A DNA stretch of 34,773 bases from Kofleriaceae bacterium. Lineage in GTDB: Bacteria > Myxococcota_A > Polyangia > Haliangiales > Haliangiaceae. The position numbers were made by a program, and so were the translations under genes. The first letter of the stretch is position 1. Each line of letters starts with the position of its first letter. Under the pieces are notes generated by a model. It did not search any database. It had not been told where the DNA came from and saw only the letters and a program-made list of their open reading frames with translations. Location of the stretch: assembly GCA_035698865.1 (NCBI GenBank), contig DASSBL010000298.1, positions 1 to 34,773 of the forward strand, read 5' to 3'. Positions 1 to 6,612 of the stretch are shown piece after piece.

Positions 1-2
1 TG

Positions 3-164
3 ACCTGCAAGGTGGTGGTGGTGCGCGTGGTCGAGCCCACGAGCCCCGAGGCCGATCGCTACCCCACCGGGTTTGGCGTTCGCATCATCGAGATGGACGA
101 CCAGAGCAAAGAGCGCCTCGCCAGCATGATCGCGCGGCTGACCAGCGGCCAGGCGCTTTACTGA
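3..164 (+). CDS. C-terminal fragment of a PilZ-like domain protein (5' end lies outside the window)
   Basis: The frame is open from the window edge to TGA at 162-164. Hand translation: TCKVVVVRVVEPTSPEADRYPTGFGVRIIEMDDQSKERLASMIARLTSGQALY. Codons are GC3-rich. The GFGVRI strand followed by a short helix resembles the C-terminal end of PilZ domains. It is absent from the ORF track because it has no start codon in the window. Confidence 0.4.
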   Translation, partial: TCKVVVVRVVEPTSPEADRYPTGFGVRIIEMDDQSKERLASMIARLTSGQALY

Positions 165-262
165 GCGGCAAGGTTTGCTCAAATCGTGGGCAGTCGCCGC
201 CTACATGTCGGCTATGTCGTGAAAAACGCGGAAAAAATCACTCTGGGGGATTCTCAGCAACC

Positions 263-313
263 TGTGGATAACCTGTGGAATAGCTGTCTTTGCTCGGGTT
301 TTTCTGTGGGTAT
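263..313 (+). promoter_or_regulatory. Cluster of three same-orientation DnaA-box-like 9-mers in a low-GC convergent spacer
   Basis: TGTGGATAA at 263-271 is the exact reverse complement of the DnaA-box consensus TTATCCACA. TGTGGAATA at 274-282 lies 11 bp later within the tandem 11-mers AACCTGTGGAT/AACCTGTGGAA. TGTGGGTAT is at 305-313. Two phased A-tracts (GAAAAA at 221 and 231) lie just upstream. Confidence 0.35.
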
Positions 314-325
314 CCGGATTTCCAA

Positions 326-1084
326 TCAGATGTAGCGGCTGGCCCACGCCGCGAGCACGATGCCGGCATAGCGGGCATCTGCGGCCCGGGACAGGAGGTG
401 ATCGGCGTCGTCGAGGGACAAAAAGCTCTTGGGATGGCGCGCCAGGCGATAGATGAGCGCGGCGTTGTCGATATGGACGATGGCATCGCCGGGCGCGTGC
501 ATGATGAGCAACGCTTGGGTCAGATCGGTGATGGACTGGCGCCAGTTCTGATCCTCGAGGTCGTCGATGAGCTGCTTCTTGATGCAAAACCGGCGGCCGG
601 CGAGGTTGACCATGGCTTGACCGGTGCGCTCGATGACCTCGCGTTCGTCGGACAGCAGCGCGAGCACGTGCTCGGGATCGGCCGGTGAGCCGATGGTCGC
701 CACCGCCCGGCACGAGGCGACGGTGCGGGCGGCCCCGAGGGTCGCGGTGCCACCGAGGGAGTGGCCGACGAGGACCGCGGGCGGCCGCCATCGCGAGGCC
801 AGAAATCTGGCCACGCTGGTGATGTCCGAGATGTTGGACGAAAAGTTGGTGTCGGAAAAGTCGCCCTCGCTGTCGCCGAGGCCGGTGAAGTCAAAGCGCA
901 GCACGCCAAAGCCCTCGTCGCACAAGGCGCGGCAGATGGTCACCGCGCTGGTGAGGTTCTTGGTCCCGGTAAAGCAGTGCGCAAACACCGCGAACGCGCG
1001 CGGCTCGCCGTCGCCTGGCAGGTCGAGCTGGCCGGCGAGATCCATGCCCTCCTCGTTGGGAATTTCGACTGCAATGGTTCTCAT
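326..1084 (-). CDS. alpha/beta-fold hydrolase
   Basis: Track ORF 326..1261 trimmed to the ATG at 1082-1084 (MRTIAVEIPNEEG...). It has a GHSLGG nucleophile elbow and later HAPGD and DADH segments consistent with a Ser-Asp-His triad, giving 252 aa. The upstream extension in the track is Arg/His-rich and overlaps qor. Confidence 0.85.
   Translation of the reverse strand: MRTIAVEIPNEEGMDLAGQLDLPGDGEPRAFAVFAHCFTGTKNLTSAVTICRALCDEGFGVLRFDFTGLGDSEGDFSDTNFSSNISDITSVARFLASRWRPPAVLVGHSLGGTATLGAARTVASCRAVATIGSPADPEHVLALLSDEREVIERTGQAMVNLAGRRFCIKKQLIDDLEDQNWRQSITDLTQALLIMHAPGDAIVHIDNAALIYRLARHPKSFLSLDDADHLLSRAADARYAGIVLAAWASRYI
797..812. repeat. Exact copy 1 of the quasi-palindromic 16-mer GGCCAGAAATCTGGCC
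   Basis: Read directly from the sequence. It lies inside the hydrolase CDS, where the coding strand reads GCC AGA TTT CTG GCC (ARFLA) and uses the rare codon AGA. Confidence 0.9.
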
Positions 1085-1123
1085 CGAAGCAATGATTTTA
1101 CACGCTGGTGCTACGATGCCGGT

Positions 1124-2089
1124 ATGAAGGTCGCGCGCGTGGACCAGCCGGGCGGGCCCGGCGCCATCACCGTCGTCGAGGCTCCCGATCTGCTGGCCGA
1201 GCCCGGGCAGGTGCTGGTGCAGGTGGCGGCGGCGGGGGTCAACTTCATCGACACCTATCACCGCAGCGGCGCGTATCCGTCGGCTGGTCCCATCGCTCTG
1301 GGCCGCGAAGGCGCCGGCACCGTCGTCACCGCCCCCTCGGGCAGTGGGCTCTCAGAGGGCGACCGGGTGGCGTGGATCGGCGTTGCGGGCTCGTATGCCA
1401 GCCACGTCGTGGCCGCGCCCGAGCAGCTCGTCGCGGTGCCCGACAATATCCACCTGCAAACCGCCGCGGCGGCGATGCTCCAGGGCATGACCGCCCAGTA
1501 TCTGGTCACCGACACCTATCGCCTCGGCCCGGGCAAGACCTGTTTGGTCCACGCCGCGGCCGGTGGCGTCGGATTGCTCTTATGCCAGCTCGCCCGGCGC
1601 GCCGGCGCGCGCACCATCGGGACCACGTCCACCGAGGAAAAGGCGGCCCGAGCTCGCGCCGCCGGGGCCGACCACGTCATCCTCTATCGCGACCACGATT
1701 TTGTCGCCGAGAGCCGCCGCATCACCGCCGACCGCGGGGTCGATGTGGTCTACGACTCCGTCGGCAAGACCACCTTCGAGGGCAGCCTGCGCGCTTTGGC
1801 CCGGCGCGGCACCCTGGTTTTGTTCGGCCAGTCCAGCGGTGCGGTCGCGCCCTTCGACCCGCAGCTTTTAGCCCGCCACGGGTCGCTGTTTTTCACCCGC
1901 CCGAGCCTGTTTGACTACGTGGCGAGGCGCGAGGAGCTGCTCGCCCGCGCCGGCGACGTGTTCCAGTGGATCGGCGAAGGCTCTCTCACCGTGACCATCG
2001 ACCGCGCGCTTCCCCTGGCCGACGCGGCCGAGGCCCACCGCCTCCTCGAGAGCCGCCAGACGGCGGGCAAGGTCCTCCTCATCCCGTAA
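1124..2089 (+). CDS. qor: NADPH:quinone oxidoreductase (MDR/zeta-crystallin family)
   Basis: Track ORF 761..2089 trimmed to the ATG at 1124 (MKVARVDQPGGPG...). It carries AAGVNFID, the nucleotide-binding segment HAAAGGVGLLLCQLA, and a C-terminal QTAGKVLLIP. Length is 321 aa. Confidence 0.88.
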   Translation: MKVARVDQPGGPGAITVVEAPDLLAEPGQVLVQVAAAGVNFIDTYHRSGAYPSAGPIALGREGAGTVVTAPSGSGLSEGDRVAWIGVAGSYASHVVAAPEQLVAVPDNIHLQTAAAAMLQGMTAQYLVTDTYRLGPGKTCLVHAAAGGVGLLLCQLARRAGARTIGTTSTEEKAARARAAGADHVILYRDHDFVAESRRITADRGVDVVYDSVGKTTFEGSLRALARRGTLVLFGQSSGAVAPFDPQLLARHGSLFFTRPSLFDYVARREELLARAGDVFQWIGEGSLTVTIDRALPLADAAEAHRLLESRQTAGKVLLIP

Positions 2090-2096
2090 ATAGCGC

Positions 2097-2978
2097 TCAG
2101 AGGATCTCGGGGGAGACGCTGTAGAGCTGGGCCAGGCGTGCTGGAGGCGGGGCGCCACGCGAGAGCACGAGGCCGAGCTCGCGGACGCGAAAGCCGAGGG
2201 CCTTGCATAGATCAGAGCGCGGCGAGGTGGCCGTCGATAACCGCGCCCGGGCGCGGCCGTCGGACAGTCCGTCGGCCAAGGCGCACGCCACCAGGTGGGT
2301 GAGATCGGTCATGTCCGCGCACACCGCCGGACCGAGGGCAACACCGAATGAGGTCTTGGAAAAGCCGAGGTAGCCGACCACCGCGCCGCTGCGACGGGCC
2401 ACGTAACGAACCGCGCGCTCGAGATCGCCGGGCCGGGTGTTGCCGGTGAGGGTGGCGTCGAGGCGGGCGACCTCATCGAGGTCAGCGGCCGTCGGTGCGC
2501 GGACCACGAGGCCGCGCGAGATCCCGAGCTGTGGCCGATTTCCTGGCTCGCGCTCGAGGTGCGAGACGACGTCCACGGGTGCAAATCCGCGCCCGGCATA
2601 AAGCGCGTACGCGCCCGGGTTCCAGGCATCGACATACAGGCGGATCGACGATGCACCGGCTCCCTCGGCGCGCTCGATGAGCTCATCGAGGGCGCGGCCG
2701 CCGATCCCGCGGCCATCCATCCAGCTCGCCAGCGGACCGATGGACGCAGACTCACCGCGAATTCGAACGGCGCCGACGCCCACCACCGCCCCGCCCTCTT
2801 CCACGACCACCACGCCCCCGGGCTCGGCCTCGGCATAACCGGCGAGGAGATCCCTGGCCGTGTTCTCGTCGGGCCACGGCGCCGGATGACCGCGGGTCTC
2901 TGCCGATCGCGAAAAGGCGTTGTAGAGGATGGAGCCGGCCACCTCCAGGTCGCCAGCCTCGATGTCACGCGCGTTCAC
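2097..2978 (-). CDS. GNAT family N-acetyltransferase, two tandem GNAT-like halves
   Basis: It has an acetyl-CoA-binding-type motif GRGIGGRALDELIERA and a GNAT beta-alpha pattern. A second, degenerate half follows residue ~160. I chose the GTG at 2976-2978 because it forms a GTGA overlap with the upstream stop, preceded by AAGGAG. The GTG at 2979-2981 is an alternative. Confidence 0.75.
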   Translation of the reverse strand: MNARDIEAGDLEVAGSILYNAFSRSAETRGHPAPWPDENTARDLLAGYAEAEPGGVVVVEEGGAVVGVGAVRIRGESASIGPLASWMDGRGIGGRALDELIERAEGAGASSIRLYVDAWNPGAYALYAGRGFAPVDVVSHLEREPGNRPQLGISRGLVVRAPTAADLDEVARLDATLTGNTRPGDLERAVRYVARRSGAVVGYLGFSKTSFGVALGPAVCADMTDLTHLVACALADGLSDGRARARLSTATSPRSDLCKALGFRVRELGLVLSRGAPPPARLAQLYSVSPEIL

Positions 2979-3271
2979 CACATCTCCTTGATGCCAGCCA
3001 GCCACATCACCGCACCAGTGGCGATGATGACACCGGCGAGGCCGGCGGGGCGAGCACAAAAGCTGTCTTTGGCGGTGATCGCCCGTCGCGAAAAGAGCAC
3101 GGCGCCACCCACCCAGGCAAAAAGACCGAGGGCCGCACACCCGATCCAGCCGGCGTTGGCCGGCATCGGCGAAATAGCCGCACCGAGGCTGTCATCGGTG
3201 AGCGTGCGTGCAATGACCGCGCCCGCGGCGACCCCCACCAGCGCCGCCCACGCCGCCACGCGCCCGATCAC
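2975..3271 (-). CDS. small integral membrane protein (about 3 TM helices), unknown function
   Basis: The 98-aa ORF has hydrophobic stretches (AAWAALVGVAAGAVIA, WIGCAALGLFAWVGGAVLF, LAGVIIATGAVMWLAG). Its GTG start overlaps the permease stop (GTGA), and its own stop overlaps the GNAT start. Confidence 0.55.
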   Translation of the reverse strand: MIGRVAAWAALVGVAAGAVIARTLTDDSLGAAISPMPANAGWIGCAALGLFAWVGGAVLFSRRAITAKDSFCARPAGLAGVIIATGAVMWLAGIKEMW

Positions 3272-4089
3272 GAAAAATCCCGCCGCGACAGGATCACCGC
3301 CGCAAGCCCAACGACCGCGATGATTACCAGGGCCGCGTATCCCGCCGCCGAGCCGACATAAGCCCAGCTCACGAAGTTGCCGTGAATCGACAGCACCGCA
3401 TCGCCCGCCACCGGCCGCCCCGACGGAGAAAACAGGTGCAGATCGGGAACGATGTACAGCGCCGCCTCACTCACCCAGCGCACCAGCCCGACGTCGGCAC
3501 GCTCGGCCGCCGCCGCCAGATCCGGGGTCGTGCGGCCGATGAGAAAGATCGCCAGGGCCATCATTCCGGATAGAAACGGCGTCGAGAACGAGGAGAACAA
3601 CAGCGCCACCCCGGCCATCACGATCACCTCGAGCCACACCAGCACCAGGGAGCGAACGAGGACGCTGGTGAGAGCCACGTCTCGCGCCCACAAAAGGACG
3701 AGCATCGCCGCCGTGAACAAAAGCAGCAGCAAGGTGAGGGTCAAGACCATCCCGAGGTACTTGCCGACCACCAGCTCCCAGCGCGCGATGGGCTTGGATG
3801 CCACGGTGTGGATAGTGCGCCGCTCCAGCTCGCTATAGAGCAGCATCACGCCGATGACGATGGCGGTGATGGAGCCGAAAAACGAGACTCCCGCGAGGCC
3901 GACATCGACGGCGACCCGGGCCTCGTTGCCCAGAGACATATCCCCGAGGAACATGGCGAACAGATTGACCGCCACCGCCGCCGCGGCGATGCCGTGGATG
4001 ACCCGATGACGGCGCGCCTCGCGCAGGGTGTTGAGGGCGATGGCATAGATCCGGCCGCCGCTCTCGACGATGGGCGATGCGCTACTCAC
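3268..4089 (-). CDS. ABC-2 type transporter permease
   Basis: It is 273 aa with about 6 hydrophobic helices and a long first loop, the pattern seen in NosY/ABC-2-like permeases. The GTG start overlaps the ATPase stop (GTGA). Confidence 0.8.
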   Translation of the reverse strand: MSSASPIVESGGRIYAIALNTLREARRHRVIHGIAAAAVAVNLFAMFLGDMSLGNEARVAVDVGLAGVSFFGSITAIVIGVMLLYSELERRTIHTVASKPIARWELVVGKYLGMVLTLTLLLLLFTAAMLVLLWARDVALTSVLVRSLVLVWLEVIVMAGVALLFSSFSTPFLSGMMALAIFLIGRTTPDLAAAAERADVGLVRWVSEAALYIVPDLHLFSPSGRPVAGDAVLSIHGNFVSWAYVGSAAGYAALVIIAVVGLAAVILSRRDFS

Positions 4090-5045
4090 GATTTTTCCTC
4101 GCGCTGGACCCGGCTCTCACGCACCCGGCGCAAGAACACATCCTCGAGGGTCGGCGTCTTCGGTGTGACCCGCCGCACCGCGGCCCCGGCGTCGATGGCG
4201 CGGGCGATGAGGGCGCTGGTGTCGGCGCCGGGCTCGACGGTTAAAACCAGGTCATCGCCCTGATGACGATGGCTGCCGGCGCCGGCGCGCAGCTCTTCCT
4301 TTACGTCATCGGCGATGGCGGCGACATCGAGGACCACATCGGTGGCCACTGCCGCATCTCGCCGCGACACCTCGGCGACGGTGCCGATGTCGCGGATCTT
4401 GCCCCCGACGACGATGGCCACCCGGTCGCAGATCTGCTCCACGTCGGCGAGGATGTGCGACGAAAAGAACACGGTCTTTTTGGCACGCCGCAGATCCGCG
4501 ATGATGTCCGAGACCTCGCGCCGGCCGACGGGATCGAGGCCGCTGGTGGGCTCATCGAGGACCACCAGATCGGGATCGTTCATCAGCGCCTGGGCGATCC
4601 CCGCGCGCTGGAGCATCCCCTTCGAATATTTTCGGATCGGCCGCTTGCGCGCATGGCTCAGGCCGACGCGCTCGATGAGCTCCTCGGCCCGGCGGCGGCG
4701 GGTGGCGCGATCGAGGCCGAAAATCCGGCCCGCGAGATCGCACAGCTCGGTGACCGTGAGGTAGTCGTAAAAATATGGCGCCTCCGGCAAAAAGCCGACC
4801 CGTGCCCGCGCTCGCCGACTGGGAACGGGGTCACCGAAGATGCGCGCTGTCCCCGCGCTCGGCGCGATCAAGCTCATGAGCATGCGGATGGTGGTGGTCT
4901 TGCCGGCGCCATTGGGGCCAAGAAAGCCGAACGTCTCGCCGCTGGTGATGGCAAAGGTGATGCCATCGACCGCGACGGTCTTTTTGCGGCCGAGAAAATC
5001 AGCCGGGTAGCGCTTGGCGAGGCCTTTTACTTCGATGACATCCAT
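4086..5045 (-). CDS. ABC transporter ATP-binding protein
   Basis: Walker A GPNGAGKTT, ABC signature YSKGMLQRAGIAQAL, Walker B LVVLDEPTSGLD, and an H-loop SSH. It starts at the ATG at 5043-5045. Confidence 0.92.
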   Translation of the reverse strand: MDVIEVKGLAKRYPADFLGRKKTVAVDGITFAITSGETFGFLGPNGAGKTTTIRMLMSLIAPSAGTARIFGDPVPSRRARARVGFLPEAPYFYDYLTVTELCDLAGRIFGLDRATRRRRAEELIERVGLSHARKRPIRKYSKGMLQRAGIAQALMNDPDLVVLDEPTSGLDPVGRREVSDIIADLRRAKKTVFFSSHILADVEQICDRVAIVVGGKIRDIGTVAEVSRRDAAVATDVVLDVAAIADDVKEELRAGAGSHRHQGDDLVLTVEPGADTSALIARAIDAGAAVRRVTPKTPTLEDVFLRRVRESRVQREEKS

Positions 5046-5070
5046 GAAAGCGCATCACCTCTGTGGGCGA

Positions 5071-5700
5071 TCACGGGAACCTGACCTCGCCACCGATACC
5101 ACCGAACAGGCCAAATCTGAGCCACCGTTTCCAGCCGACGGTCTCGGAGAAAAAGCCGTAGATCCCGAACCTGTCGATGTCGACCTGGAGGCGGCTGAGA
5201 TTCTGGACCGCCAGATCGGCCTCGTTTGCCTGCTCGTAATCGCCGACATCGATGACCAGCTGCAGCGACGAGTAAAAGCCGACCTTGCCGATAGTGGCCA
5301 GGCGCCCGCCGATGCCCGGCGCAAACGCCACCACCCGCGGGCCCTCTCCCCGGGGGTTGGCGCCAAAGTCGCGCTCGAGACCGAGCTGGACATCGAACAG
5401 AACCTCGAACCGCTCGCTGACGCCATAGGTCAAGGCCACATCGAGCCGCGCCGGCGCCCGCGCGATGCACGGGTTGGCGGGGCCACCATCGTCCTTCAGC
5501 TCGCCGCAAAATTCATCGTTGTAGGGAAACACCGCGCGATAACCGGTTCCGAGGCGCAACCCGGCGCCGACCTTGTGGCGGTGGCCGTCCTCGGTAATTT
5601 TGTCACCGGCGGGCCCGCTGTCCTCGGCCGGTGATGCCATCGCGCCGTGGCTCGCACACGCGAGCGCGATAGCGGTGGCCAGCGCACAGCGAGCGAACAT
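5071..5700 (-). CDS. secreted, beta-strand-rich protein (possible small outer-membrane beta-barrel)
   Basis: Track ORF 5071..5763 trimmed to the ATG at 5698-5700. It has a signal peptide MFARCALATAIALACASHGAMA, alternating hydrophobic patterns, and an aromatic-rich C-terminus (GLFGGIGGEVRFP). It sits 25 nt upstream of the ABC ATPase on the same strand. Confidence 0.6.
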   Translation of the reverse strand: MFARCALATAIALACASHGAMASPAEDSGPAGDKITEDGHRHKVGAGLRLGTGYRAVFPYNDEFCGELKDDGGPANPCIARAPARLDVALTYGVSERFEVLFDVQLGLERDFGANPRGEGPRVVAFAPGIGGRLATIGKVGFYSSLQLVIDVGDYEQANEADLAVQNLSRLQVDIDRFGIYGFFSETVGWKRWLRFGLFGGIGGEVRFP

Positions 5701-5814
5701 GCCGCGCACATTACCATGTCCGTGGCGATGCTGGCACGGTGCTGGTCGGGTGAGCTCGAGCAAACCGCGGTTCCGGGGCTGGCGCCGCGCGCTCGCCGGC
5801 GATATGGATCATGG

Positions 5815-6612
5815 ATGCTCTCTCGCCGCCGGTTTCTCGGCGCGGCCACCGCCGCGTGGGCATGTGCCATCACCCGGCGCCCGGCCCGGGCCATCGGCCC
5901 CGGCTCGCAATTCCGCATCTCCCAGCTGGCCATCGAGGGCACCAACTGGAACCCGCGCCCCACCGCGCTGCGGCGCCTGTGCTGGGGGGTCGAAAAGCGA
6001 ACCGCCATCGACGCCGCGCGCGACCCAGTGGTGGTCAAGCTCAACGATAGCGCCCTCTTTCACCGCCCGTTTCTATATCTTGCCGGCGATGGCGACATGC
6101 CGCTGCCCAACGCCGCGGGCATCGATGCGCTGCGCCGCTTCCTTACCCTCGGCGGGTTCATGGTCATCGACTCGGCCCAGGGTGCGGCCAGCGGCGCGTT
6201 CGATCACGCCGTCCGCCAGCTCATGGAGGCCGTGTTTCCGCCGCCGGCCAAGGGCCTCACCCTCGTGCCGCCCGACCACGTGATCTACAAATCCTTTTAT
6301 CTCCTCGACCGCCCCGTCGGCCGCATCGCCGTGAGCCCCACCCTCGAGGGGGTGATGCAAGATGGTCGTATGCTGGTCGCGTATGCCCAAAACGATCTCG
6401 GCGGTGCGTGGGCGCGCGACAACTTTGGCAACTACCTCTTTCAATGCGAGCCGGGCGGCGAACGCCAGCGCGAGCTTGCCTTTCGCCTCGGCATCAATTT
6501 GGTGATGTACGCCCTGTGCCTCGACTACAAAGCGGATCAGGTCCACGTTCCGTTCATCATGCGGCGGCGACGCTGGCGCGGCATGGGAGGTGGCGGTAGC
6601 GCGGTGCCATGA
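5815..6612 (+). CDS. DUF4159-family protein with twin-arginine signal
   Basis: Track ORF 5647..6612 trimmed to the ATG at 5815. It has a Tat-type motif SRRRFLGAA. The segments FLYLAGDG, LRRFLTLGGFMVID, PPDHVIYKSFY and LGINLVMYAL match my recollection of the DUF4159 pattern. Its stop overlaps the next start (ATGA). Confidence 0.75.
   Translation: MLSRRRFLGAATAAWACAITRRPARAIGPGSQFRISQLAIEGTNWNPRPTALRRLCWGVEKRTAIDAARDPVVVKLNDSALFHRPFLYLAGDGDMPLPNAAGIDALRRFLTLGGFMVIDSAQGAASGAFDHAVRQLMEAVFPPPAKGLTLVPPDHVIYKSFYLLDRPVGRIAVSPTLEGVMQDGRMLVAYAQNDLGGAWARDNFGNYLFQCEPGGERQRELAFRLGINLVMYALCLDYKADQVHVPFIMRRRRWRGMGGGGSAVP

Noticed and set aside
165-325. Calling this spacer the chromosomal origin (oriC).
   Set aside because: There is only one perfect and two degenerate DnaA boxes. 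No dnaA/dnaN/gyrB is nearby, and I could not define a clear AT-rich unwinding element. I keep it as a candidate DnaA-binding cluster only.
5723-5738. A sigma-54-like promoter TGGCACGGTGCTGGTC upstream of the DUF4159 gene.
   Set aside because: The -24 element is good, but the -12 element reads TGGT instead of TTGC (GC dinucleotide missing). No enhancer-binding protein gene is adjacent.
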